64,000 bases of DNA from Bdellovibrionota bacterium (GTDB lineage: Bacteria > Bdellovibrionota > UBA1018 > CAIPTA01 > JAALKR01): positions 768,001 through 832,000 of the forward strand of contig CBDBMJ010000001.1 of NCBI GenBank assembly GCA_965207455.1, in the 5' to 3' direction. Positions 43,684 to 53,478 of this stretch are shown one piece after another. The notes beneath the pieces were generated by a model. That model did not search any database. It was given only the letters and a program-made list of their open reading frames with translations, and was not told the DNA's origin. Positions within the stretch are counted from its first letter, which is position 1, and every line of letters begins with the position of its first letter. The position numbers and the translations under genes were made by a program.

Positions 43684-44514
43684 TTATTCTTCATCATCAT
43701 CTAGTTGTTTTTTATCTGATAGTATATCTAATATTAATAAGCACTTTAATGAGGCAAACTTCATTTTATGATATTTAATATCTTCACCATGTAAAACAGC
43801 ATGCCTATTTGGATAGTCAGGAGTTGCTAGAATTTTGTATTTCTTCGTTTGTTCAAAAATCTGCTTTAAAATAGGCTCAAAGTCGAAATCGCTAGATATG
43901 TGTTTGAACCGTCTGTTATTATTCTTTTTATTTTTATAAACTTCATTAACATTTTTTTTCCAATTTTTATTTTTTCCTTGTTTGCTCATTTCGCTTAATC
44001 TCCTACAACATGCCTCGATCTGTATACAAAAAACTGGTACGCTTAACGCATGTTTTCCTTCTGCATGAGCGTATAAACATTCTTTAAAAATATCAGACCT
44101 TTCTGAAAAGAAATCATTTAAAACCCATGATTCTAATAACTCATCAATATTTTCCTTTTTTTGAAAAAAATCATCATAAAATTGAAGTATTGATTTTTTT
44201 TTATATTTTATTTCTTTTAATAAAATTGATACGTTGGATAGATCACTAAAGAATGGAATTAAAAATGCATCATGTTTTTTGAGGTGTTTTTCTAGTTCTT
44301 TTGCATTTTCAAAAAATTTTTCAAGTGGTTTATGAGGCTTGCTTAATAGAGGTATCCCAGATCGAATACTCTCAGTCACAGACGGAATCTTTATAATATC
44401 ATTAAGACGGTCAAATATTCTAAACGGAATTATTTTATGATAAATTTTCAGATCAGGTACAATAGACTGAACTATCTTTTTTAATGATGCATTCCAATTG
44501 TTTTGAGTGTTCAT
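43684..44514 (-). CDS. hypothetical protein with HEPN-like RxxxxH motif
   Basis: Helical C-terminal domain with QIEACCR and NRHAVLHG. Confidence 0.6.
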   Translation of the reverse strand: MNTQNNWNASLKKIVQSIVPDLKIYHKIIPFRIFDRLNDIIKIPSVTESIRSGIPLLSKPHKPLEKFFENAKELEKHLKKHDAFLIPFFSDLSNVSILLKEIKYKKKSILQFYDDFFQKKENIDELLESWVLNDFFSERSDIFKECLYAHAEGKHALSVPVFCIQIEACCRRLSEMSKQGKNKNWKKNVNEVYKNKKNNNRRFKHISSDFDFEPILKQIFEQTKKYKILATPDYPNRHAVLHGEDIKYHKMKFASLKCLLILDILSDKKQLDDDEE

Positions 44515-44564
44515 AATATATTCCCTTTCTTTTAGAAAATTTGCTGGAGATTTGATATAAATTA

Positions 44565-46275
44565 CCTAAATTTGCCTCAAAAAGTATACACTACCGTTTT
44601 CGAAGCAGCTCTTTATTAACTGATTTTAAAATTTTTTCTTGACTCTTCGTAAAAGTGACAATTTTTGAAAACTCATATTTCTTTGAATTGCTCAAGTATA
44701 TTTTATAAACACCCCCTAGTTCTTTCATCGCTTTTTCTGAACTAATCCCAATTTCCTTTAATTTAAGCTTTAAAACAGAAAGTAATAAGTAAGATAAATA
44801 GCAAATAAAAACATGGGAAATAACCCTGTTATATAACCAATGACGAATAGGTCTAAGGTTTACAACACCCTTCAAACTTTTAAATGCCTTCTCTACAATA
44901 TCTTTTTCAAAATACAATCTAACAACTTCCTTATTCGTAATATTCTTCGTTGAAAAAATACATGAATATCCATCGAACTCCTCGGCCACCTCTAATTCAT
45001 TTTTTCTTACCCTGCCACTTGGACTAAGATATTTTTCAAGTCCTTTTTTTATTGCTTTTCCTTTTTTAATAGAATCTTGGGCGTTTAATATTTCAAAATA
45101 CCTAGATTCTTTTATATCTAATCGCATTCTTTCATTAAAGCAAACGATCAACTTACCAGACACATTGCCTATTTTATGTTTTTTACTTACTGCGTAGAAG
45201 GAATTGTTTTTCTTTAATGCAACTCGATTAGAGATATTAACCATAGAATTAAATTTTATAATTTTTCGTATTATTTTTTTCTCTGTATTTCTTATTGCAA
45301 TTCCACAAAGAATATTCTGACCTAATTTTTTGATATTTTTAATGTTCTCTATAGAGGTGCAACCTCTATCATAAATAAGTGTGCCTGTTTTCATTCCATA
45401 AAATGAAAGCTCATCAATCAGGCAAGAAATCGTTTTACTATCATGAATATTTCCATCAAACGTCTTATGGAAAATGGGAATGCCTTCTTTTTGAGTTACG
45501 CCCAATCCTATTTGAATTAAGGGCCTGTTATTTTTTCCATCTTTGCTTTTTCCTAATTTAGCCATTTGGCATTTTGTTCCATAAAGATACGTGTTGGTTA
45601 CATCATAAACTATTCCTGAAGATGCCAGTTTGCATTTGGATTTAACAGCTTGAAAAATATCTTTTTGCATTTGCTCTATCCTTGCATCGCTCAATGAGTC
45701 TAAGGCATGCAATAATCTTTTTTCTGTAAGCTCTTCCAAATTTAAAATTGTATTTAAATCTGTTCTCTTAAACCAATCTGGCATATGATTTACGCTTTTA
45801 TAATCCAGGCAATGTGCGTAAACCATACTTAATATCTCATTTGAATAGTCTCCTAGAATTTCGTGGAGACCTAAGTTTTTGGCAATATCATTCAGAACCA
45901 GAAGTGGACCATAGACTTTTACTGAGTCTACAGATAAATCTTTAGAGGAAATAGAAATTACTACTTCATTGTCGACCTCTTTTCCAACATAGCGAATATG
46001 GCGTTGCACCACTTTGCCATTAATTTTTTTATTTTCAACTTCAGCCAAATAAACCTTATTTCCCTTTCGTATTTTTCTTATAAAACTCATCCTCATCCCT
46101 CCTAAGATAATAGCTTGGTAGTGTATATATTATACACTACCTCAAGCGTAAATGTCAAGCAACTAAATATTATAAACGGTCCAAAAGATGCGATTTACAG
46201 AGGAAAGAAGACAGTTCCGGTATGAATTTTTGAAAGATTTTTCAAGTAGTGTATATTTTTTGAGGCGAATTCAGG
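44565..46275 (-). mobile_element. IS1634-family element, copy 2
   Basis: Same IRs and length as copy 1; flanked by direct repeat taaatta. Confidence 0.93.
44591..46096 (-). CDS. IS1634-family DDE transposase
   Basis: Protein identical to 19040..20545. Confidence 0.9.
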   Translation of the reverse strand: MRMSFIRKIRKGNKVYLAEVENKKINGKVVQRHIRYVGKEVDNEVVISISSKDLSVDSVKVYGPLLVLNDIAKNLGLHEILGDYSNEILSMVYAHCLDYKSVNHMPDWFKRTDLNTILNLEELTEKRLLHALDSLSDARIEQMQKDIFQAVKSKCKLASSGIVYDVTNTYLYGTKCQMAKLGKSKDGKNNRPLIQIGLGVTQKEGIPIFHKTFDGNIHDSKTISCLIDELSFYGMKTGTLIYDRGCTSIENIKNIKKLGQNILCGIAIRNTEKKIIRKIIKFNSMVNISNRVALKKNNSFYAVSKKHKIGNVSGKLIVCFNERMRLDIKESRYFEILNAQDSIKKGKAIKKGLEKYLSPSGRVRKNELEVAEEFDGYSCIFSTKNITNKEVVRLYFEKDIVEKAFKSLKGVVNLRPIRHWLYNRVISHVFICYLSYLLLSVLKLKLKEIGISSEKAMKELGGVYKIYLSNSKKYEFSKIVTFTKSQEKILKSVNKELLRKR

Positions 46276-46580
46276 TAAATTAGAAAGCATTGCATATCAC
46301 GTTGTCAAGGGAGAGAATTTTTCATTACAAAAAATAAATGAAAGTATTAATAATCATCACCAGCAAGACGCATGGCAAGGATATTACCGGTAGCAACATA
46401 TACAACTGCAAACTTATTCCAAATCTAGCCCTTCCAGAAGAGAATCCATAAAAGATGCCACCTTGATAGGCTTACTTCTTGAGGAAGCACCCCACCTACC
46501 AATGCAGCATGAGACCTCTATTTCGCCCACTCTGGGTTAAATTTTTCACTTATGATGGATGGGCTCTTCCAGTTTACTTT

Positions 46581-46685
46581 TAGAAACTGCCTACGGTACT
46601 CCCGGAGGCGCACAAGGCAATCCTTGGTTTCGAGGCAGCCTTTGAGTGCGGAGGTGCTGCTTGGTCCGAGGTCGAGCAGTATGGT
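46581..46685. repeat. GC-rich palindromic dispersed repeat, copy A
   Basis: Stems ctgcct/aggcag, ctc/gag and caagg/ccttg. Confidence 0.8.
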
Positions 46686-46848
46686 GGTAGTACTTTAAGG
46701 GCACAGAAAATGATGCCTTTTCCACAGATCAGGCAAGCCCGTACAAACATTGAAAAAACAACAAACACACAGGCACTACTCCATTTTGACGGCACTAGAA
46801 GTGTTCTAAGCACTGCCATTTTTCTCATTTGCTAGTTTTTTGATAGTA

Positions 46849-47166
46849 TTATTTTTGCGTTGTTGCCTCTTCATTTCCTGTTTTCAGGCATTCTGTTTGT
46901 TCCTGAATCAAATCACGATTTTTCTTGCGATCAGTCCATGTAAACTTATAACAATTTTCAGTAACACTAGGTTTGGAGTTTATTCGCTTGCAATACCTAA
47001 CCACGTCAGGAGTTAGCATGTCTATGTCACATCTTAATTGGCATAATGCATCGCAATTAGGAAACTTCTCCACATAATCCTCAGGATGAGCCTCGGCAGT
47101 TGTTGATAAAAAGCCCACAGCTAGGCAAAGGACTAGAGTGGCGTATCGTTTTTTTATTTTTGTCAT
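46849..47166 (-). CDS. secreted six-cysteine small protein, copy 1
   Basis: Signal peptide ending AEA; six Cys in the mature part; AAGGA RBS. Confidence 0.85.
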   Translation of the reverse strand: MTKIKKRYATLVLCLAVGFLSTTAEAHPEDYVEKFPNCDALCQLRCDIDMLTPDVVRYCKRINSKPSVTENCYKFTWTDRKKNRDLIQEQTECLKTGNEEATTQK

Positions 47167-47390
47167 TTTTTATTCTTCCTTTCATTTTTTTCAACAAGCG
47201 TTATTGCTTGTTGGTTTCTATATATACAACAAATAATTCACTGCATCAATAGTTTTTTGCCCTTACAGCAGTCTTTTTTACCATGGACCTCAAACTTTGG
47301 TTTTGCCTCACTAACGCCCCTTGAGAGCCTCTATTTCGCCCACTCTGGTTGAATTTCTCATTTAGGGTGTATGGGGGCTTCATTTTATCC

Positions 47391-47486
47391 TTAAAAGCTG
47401 CCTGCGGTACTCTCTGAGGCGCACAAGGCAGTCCTTGGTTTCGAGGCAGCCTTCGAGTGCGGAGCTGCTGCTGAGTCCGAGGTCGA
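47391..47486. repeat. GC-rich palindromic dispersed repeat, copy B
   Basis: Same stems as copy A. Confidence 0.8.
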
Positions 47487-47662
47487 TCAACATATAGTGC
47501 TTTAAGGCACAGACGAAAATGATACCTTTTCCACAGATCAGGCAAGCCCGTACGAACATTGTTAGTAAAAAACAACAAATACACAGGCATTACTCCATTT
47601 TGACGGCACTAGAAGTGTTCTAAGCACCGCCATTTTTCTCATTTGCTAGTTTTTTGATAGTA

Positions 47663-47980
47663 TTATTTTTGCCTCGTTGCCTCTTCATTTTTTGTTTTCA
47701 AGCATTCTGCTTGTTTCTGAATCAAAGCACGCTTACTCTTCTCGAAAACACTCAAATACTCATAACACGACTCAGTAACATCAGGTCTGGATCCTATTTG
47801 CTTGCAATACCTAGCCACTTCAGGAGTGAGCGTGTCTATGTCACATCTCATTTGGCACAAAGCGCTGCAATTAGGAAACTTCTCCACATAATCCTCAGGA
47901 TGAGCCTCGGCAGTTGTTGATAAAAAGCCCACAGCTAGGCAAAGGACTAGAGTGGCGTATCGTTTTTTTATTTTTGTCAT
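47663..47980 (-). CDS. secreted six-cysteine small protein, copy 2
   Basis: First 38 aa identical to copy 1; all Cys conserved. Confidence 0.85.
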   Translation of the reverse strand: MTKIKKRYATLVLCLAVGFLSTTAEAHPEDYVEKFPNCSALCQMRCDIDTLTPEVARYCKQIGSRPDVTESCYEYLSVFEKSKRALIQKQAECLKTKNEEATRQK

Positions 47981-48164
47981 TTTTTATTCTTCCTTTCATT
48001 TTTTGCAACAAGCGTTATTGCTTGTTGGTTTCTATATATACAACAAATAATTTGCCGCGTCAATAGTTTTTTGCCCTTACAGCAGTTTTTTTTACCATGG
48101 ACCTCAAACTTTGGTTTTGCCTTACTAACGCCCCCTGAGAGCCTCTATTTCGCCCACTCTGGGT

Positions 48165-48241
48165 CGCACAAGGCAGTCCTTGGTTTCGAGGCAGCCTTCG
48201 AGTGCGGAGCTGCTGCTCAATGCGAGGTCGAGCAGTATGGT
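48165..48241. repeat. GC-rich palindromic dispersed repeat, copy C (left part deleted)
   Basis: cgcacaaggcagtccttggtttcgaggcagccttcgagtgcggagctgctgct. Confidence 0.8.
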
Positions 48242-48581
48242 GATGATGAGTTTGGGGTCTGTGTTGTTCTCCTTTTTGGTTTTGTTATTTTTACTCTTTG
48301 TCGAATCATGAGATATTGAATACGGAAGAAACGTCTGACCATTTCACTTTCATTATTTGTATGAGGGGATCGCCAATTCTCAGGTGATCACTTGACCTCA
48401 GGCGATCAGCAAAGTCATACAAATTGGATCAATAGGCCCTGATTTGCCCTGATTTTACCTGTTGTCAGGTGAAGATTCCTCTATACAAATACTAACTATG
48501 GACTGTCTAATCTCTCGTTTTTATTGTGTTTTTTGTTTTTTTCTGGTTTTAACTGATTTTCTTAAAAATGATGCTTCGTGT

Positions 48582-48939
48582 TGGTGGAGGTGGTGGGAAT
48601 CGAACCCACGTCCGAAAAATATCAACCTGATGCCCTACGAGTGTAGTTTATGCTTTAAGCTTAGCCATTGGTCTTTCATAAACAAAATACCAATGACCGC
48701 AATTGACTAAAGTTTCGGAAATAAACGGTCAATTAGCCTTTATTTCCTAACCCACATTGACGACAATCCTTTCCAGCGACGTGGGTGGCCACCAGAAGGA
48801 TCGCACTGCTATAACAAGTTACGCAGCGATAGCAAGATTATTGCCATTTTATGTTTTTGCTACCGGTTTTACGAGGCCTGGTAGCACCTCGACTCGCACA
48901 AACAGGTATCCAGTTTCCCGTCGAAACCAGTACACCCCC
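48582..48939 (-). ncRNA. ssrA: tmRNA, tag (A)GNNLAIAA encoded at 48819-48845
   Basis: 5' GGGGGTGTACTGGTTTCGAC; 3' GGTTCGATTCCCACCACCTCCACCA with a G3-U acceptor pair; internal ORF ending AIAA-TAA; 358 nt. Confidence 0.97.
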
Positions 48940-49061
48940 CTGAATTCCTCTTAGAATAGCAGGATCCCAGTTAAAAAGCCAGTGGACTTGAGGCAAACGC
49001 TTTAAAACGCTTAGGGTTTCCCCTAGCATCTCCCCTGGGAGAGCCTCATAATTTCATAAGT

Positions 49062-51231
49062 ATGAACTTTTTTTCCAAACACATAAGCCTAATCGGTGTA
49101 TTTCTTATTTTCCTAACCTGTGCTTTTTTTGTGATTTTCGGCAAAGTAAACGAAACTGCCCTAACCCTAGAGAATCAATTCTATGATGCTCGTAGCACTT
49201 TTCTCTATAAACATAAAAAAAAGAGCCCTAACATTATAGTACTTACCATTGACGATCACAGCTTAAAGCTTCTAGGACGATGGCCCCTTTCTCGCAGTGT
49301 ATGGTCGCAAGTAATAGATAAACTCCACCTTTTAGGCGCGAAAACGATAGCCTTTGATATTATTTTTGCAGAAGAAGAGAAAATATGCCAAGGCATCTCT
49401 CCAGATAAATCCTTTGCCAAAGCCATTCGTAGATTCCAAAAAACCCCCGGACGCCATATTATCCTTGCCTATTCCCTAGAATCCCATTTCCATGAACAAA
49501 AGGACATAAAAAGAAATATAGCAAATATTGGGGAAAATCTATCCATCAGCGCTTCTGTGGAGTCCACTCGTCCTTTTATTTTCCCAGATACCTCTCCCAT
49601 TCCTATTCTCCTAGCAGCTCAACCTAAGCTTGCTTTTGTGGATGGTCAGCCCGATAGCGATGGGGTGTTTCGTAAAAATATTATACTGAAATACGAACAC
49701 AGCGTGGCCGTGCCATCATTAAGTCTTGCTGCCTTTCAACAATATCATGCTCATACTGCCCACTACCATAGAAACAAGAATCTCCATGAACTAAGACTCA
49801 CCAGCAAAGAAAAAGTATGGCCGTTAGAATTAAATGCTAGGGGGAGAGGCCAGAGTTCGATTTTTTGGAAATGAAAAGAACTTTCAAAGCATGCCCATCC
49901 ATGTATTTTTAAAAACCCCTCTTGAGGATCAAGCTCTTCATCAAACGTTCCAAGATAAAATGATCTTTATTGGATCCACTGCATTGGGAGCCCATGACCT
50001 ACGGCACACCCCCGTAAGTGCCACTCTTCCCGGCGTGTACTCCCATGCAAATACTTTTCATATGCTAGAATCCCAAACAGCATTTCAAGAAAATACGAAA
50101 AACATTAATCTTTCTTTACTCATCCTCCTCACAGGAACCATACTCCTAGTAGCACTCCTCAAAATATCCTCTCCCTTATGCCATATTTTGGGTTTATGTT
50201 TTCTGGTAATTCTCACCATATCCCTAGATCATTATTACTTCATACCTAATGGATATATCCTTTCTTTGTTTTTTATTTTATTTGCTTTTGTTCTGTCGTA
50301 TACGTGGGTTACTTTGATCTCATTTATCCAATCTGCAAAGGAAAGAAAAAAAATACGCAGCACATTTACTCGTTATGTATCTCCAGATATCGTAAAAGAA
50401 ATGCTGGAAAATCCAGAACTGCTAAAGGTTGGCGGTGAAAAAAAGATGGTCTCCATGATCTTTTCGGACATTCGTGACTTCACAGCAATCAGCGAAATCC
50501 TCTCTCCCACAGAACTCAGTCAATTACTGAATCAATACATGGGACGTATGACCGACATTCTCTTTCAAACAAAAGGCACTCTGGATAAGTACATAGGAGA
50601 TGCCATTGTGGGCTTTTGGGGAGCACCCATAGAAATGCCCAATCATGCTCATCAAGCTGTCTCTGGAGCCTTGGCGATGGTAGAAGCCCTTCCTAAAATT
50701 AATCATGCCTTTGCAACCCAAGGCTTTCCTAAAATTAGCATGGGTATTGGTTTAAATACAGGAGAAGTATCTGTGGGAAATATGGGATCTGAGAAAATAT
50801 TTGCCTACACTGCTCTAGGAGACCAAATGAATTTAACTTCACGCCTAGAGGGATTAAATAAATTCTATGGCACTAAACTCATTATTTCTGAAAATACTTT
50901 TAAAGCGCTGGAAGAACACAAAAATAACTTTTCTATTCGATCCATGGATATAGTGAGAGTAAAGGGAAGGAAAAAAACTGTGGGAATTTATGAAGTTTTG
51001 GATTCTGAACACTGCTTATTTGGTCGGTCAAACTCTATAGAGGAGTTCAATCAAGCTTACAAACTATATATGAAAAAAGAATTCCAAGAAGCTCAGAAAA
51101 TATTTAATAAACTAACAGAAGAATACCCCCAAGATATAAATTCCCAAAGAATGGAAAATAATTGCAAAAACTACCTACTCTGTCCTCCTTCAAGGGAATG
51201 GGATGGCGCCACTACTTTCACTAGTAAGTAA
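49062..51231 (+). CDS. CHASE2-domain adenylate/guanylate cyclase, split by a frameshift at a G5 run (~49839)
   Basis: GRWPLSR, FDIIF, PDSDGVFR and PGVYSHA (CHASE2); three TMs; FSDIRDFT, DKYIGDA and GDQMNLTSRLE. Confidence 0.9.
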
Positions 51232-51264
51232 TTTAACGTCTAATTTAACGTCTAATTTAACGTC
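51229..51264. repeat. 12-bp unit x3 (taatttaacgtc) at a convergent gene junction
   Basis: Three exact copies. Confidence 0.95.
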
Positions 51265-51442
51265 TTTTATTTTCTGGTGGAAGTATCTCATCAGGTTCTA
51301 ATACTTCAACGGATTCATCGGGATTTTCTTTTGTTTCTCGCAGGGAATTTTTAAAAGCCTGTTTAAATCTATGGATTATCTTTTTGTTGCGAAAAATCAG
51401 GAAAAAAATGGCTGCAAGGACTAAGATTTTAAAAATTATCAT
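51257..51442 (-). CDS. small membrane protein (TatA-like layout)
   Basis: TM helix, amphipathic helix and acidic tail; overlaps the lipase stop. Confidence 0.55.
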   Translation of the reverse strand: MIIFKILVLAAIFFLIFRNKKIIHRFKQAFKNSLRETKENPDESVEVLEPDEILPPENKRR

Positions 51443-52247
51443 TTTCTAACCTTTCTATAATTTTTTGATACATAGCTAAGCTAGCCTTCTTATTGGGCCA
51501 CCGGAGCGTATGATGATTGAGTTGACCTAAATGATCCAAGGGTAGCCTTGCAATGACCTCCCCCCATTCTTGAGAAGATTCTGGCACCATTCCATCGTTC
51601 TTCTCTTTACTCTCTGGCACTCCCAATAGTCGGAGCAGTAGATTGGGAAAGTATAATAACGGACTTAAAGTTCCATCCCATACCTCTCCCCAACCAATAA
51701 CCGAATAATAACGAACCTTGGGACTATCGATCACATTGGGATTAAATTGATCTCTCATATAAGTAGTGCGCAATTCCCAAAGAAAGGGACGTACCTTTAA
51801 ATCATATTGCAAGAGACGCAATACTTGGTACCAAAATTTTTCTCCCTCCATTTGATCATAAGCCCAATCTGCTATGGGGCTACCTCTGTTGGGAGCAGCA
51901 ATTCCCGTAAGGGAAATAATATTCTCATACCCAAGAACGGAAATGAGGTAACGGGCATCCAAGGCACCCATGGAATGACCAATAATATTTACTTTTTTAT
52001 TGAGATAATGCTTTTGCAAAAAATCTCGTAAAAAAACAGCCCGATCAGCCACCTTAGTATTTAAAGGCAACTCTGCTACTTTTACTTCCACTCCCTGATC
52101 CTTTAAGTACTCAGGTATGCCTTGAAAATAAGGACCTAGCTTCAACGGCCCAACTCGCATTATTCCGTTTCCCTGCCCTGCTCCAGGCACTAAAACAACC
52201 GGGTGGCGCAAAGAAATCTTGGCAAGCCCCGTTTCCACAAAAAACAA
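51429..52247 (-). CDS. alpha/beta hydrolase (lipase/esterase); start uncertain
   Basis: HPVVLVPG, GHSMG, NDGMV and DH. Confidence 0.88.
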   Translation of the reverse strand: MFFVETGLAKISLRHPVVLVPGAGQGNGIMRVGPLKLGPYFQGIPEYLKDQGVEVKVAELPLNTKVADRAVFLRDFLQKHYLNKKVNIIGHSMGALDARYLISVLGYENIISLTGIAAPNRGSPIADWAYDQMEGEKFWYQVLRLLQYDLKVRPFLWELRTTYMRDQFNPNVIDSPKVRYYSVIGWGEVWDGTLSPLLYFPNLLLRLLGVPESKEKNDGMVPESSQEWGEVIARLPLDHLGQLNHHTLRWPNKKASLAMYQKIIERLENDNF

Positions 52248-52278
52248 AGACAGGAATAAAAAAAATGAGGAAAAAATA

Positions 52279-53478
52279 TTAATGAAAAATTCCCTTTCTA
52301 TAAGAGGATTTTGCTGCCATTCGAGCAGGAAACCAAGCTGCTATGGATACCACCAGTATAGCCGATAATACTATACCCGTAATATAAAAAGGAGAAATAC
52401 GAACAGGTAATTTTCTATCGTAAAAAATATCGGGTAACTCAATAAAAGAGTAATTTCTTAGTAAAAGGCAAATCATAAGCCCCACAATCAAACCTATAAA
52501 CGTACCTGCTTTTCCCACAATCACTCCTTGCAGTAAAAATATCTTTCCAATTTGTTTCTCTGTGGCTCCCATTACCCTCATAATAGAAATATCCTGTCGC
52601 TTTTCCGAGACCAACATCATAAGTGAAGTAATAATATTAAAACTAGCCACTAAAATAATCATTAACAAAATTAAAAACATAACAATCCGCTCTAATTGAA
52701 TGGAAGAAAATAAATGGGCATTTAATTCTTTCCAATCCTGTACACGATATGTTGCGCCCAATAGGGATTGGATTTTATCGCTTAACTCTCCTGTATCGTC
52801 GAAACTACTAACTTGCACCTCTACTTGATTTACTTCGTTTTTTCCTTTTTTTAAAAATTCTCTCACATCCTCAATAAGAGCATACATTACATGAATATCC
52901 CTCTGCAGCACTCCACTCTCATAAACACCCTTTACGAAAAAAGAACGAATTCTGGGGATATTTTCCAATGGACCTTCCGTTTCTATGGGAGATAATAGGG
53001 CCACAGTGTCTCCAGGAAAAATACTAAGCTCCTGAGCTAGGTCGTTACCCACCCAAGCTTGTCTGCCTGAGTGCTTAGGAACTTCCTCCACTAATGTTTC
53101 TTTTATCCTGCCTATATGGGAATCTGTGATTCCATGAATGGAAACACCAGATACTTGATTCCCTGTGCGAAGGATAGCCTCAGTCTTTAAAACTGGATGA
53201 ATAGATAAAATCCTAGAATCTAAATTAGATAAACGCTGTCTATCTTCTTTTGTAAAAGAAAAAAATCCAGTTTTTTTTGTCACTAATATATGGAAACTCC
53301 CACTGGTCAATCGATCCCTTAACGTCTCCTCAAACCCATCCATCACAGAAAGAACCACTATAAGAGTACATACCCCTATGGCTACCCCTATAATGGAAAA
53401 TCCGCTAATAATAGATATGAATTGATTGTTTTTTTTCGATCGTAAATAACGAATACCAATAGTAGCCCAAAAGCTCAT
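52279..53478 (-). CDS. lipoprotein-releasing ABC permease LolC/E
   Basis: RYLRSK, LSVMDGF, VASFNI, MRVMGA and FPARMAAK. Confidence 0.9.
   Translation of the reverse strand: MSFWATIGIRYLRSKKNNQFISIISGFSIIGVAIGVCTLIVVLSVMDGFEETLRDRLTSGSFHILVTKKTGFFSFTKEDRQRLSNLDSRILSIHPVLKTEAILRTGNQVSGVSIHGITDSHIGRIKETLVEEVPKHSGRQAWVGNDLAQELSIFPGDTVALLSPIETEGPLENIPRIRSFFVKGVYESGVLQRDIHVMYALIEDVREFLKKGKNEVNQVEVQVSSFDDTGELSDKIQSLLGATYRVQDWKELNAHLFSSIQLERIVMFLILLMIILVASFNIITSLMMLVSEKRQDISIMRVMGATEKQIGKIFLLQGVIVGKAGTFIGLIVGLMICLLLRNYSFIELPDIFYDRKLPVRISPFYITGIVLSAILVVSIAAWFPARMAAKSSYRKGIFH

Larger units (their letters stand above)
46515..48241. repeat. ~814-bp tandem repeat (two units plus the start of a third)
   Basis: cctctatttcgcccactctgg recurs at ~46515, 47328 and 48142; the two genes are offset by 814 nt. 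Confidence 0.92.

Noticed and set aside
19014..46275. Composite transposon bounded by the two IS1634 copies
   Set aside because: Copy 2 has its own target duplication and the outer flanks differ (tagatta vs taaatta).
47398..47450. Hammerhead ribozyme in the dispersed repeat
   Set aside because: GAAAC is present on the minus strand, but the CUGANGA core and cleavage triplet are missing.
46849..47980. Diversity-generating retroelement TR/VR pair
   Set aside because: Differences are not adenine-specific, both copies are full genes, and no reverse transcriptase is in the window.
46515..48241. Integron cassette array
   Set aside because: No clear RYYYAAC/GTTRRRY attC boxes, the units are paralogous with their own promoters, and there is no IntI-like gene.
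46580..49029. ORFs 46580..46828, 47246..47590, 47654..47920, 48071..48319, 48462..48710, 48757..48954 and 48838..49029
   Set aside because: They overlap non-coding repeats, real genes or tmRNA, and frames are not conserved between repeat copies.
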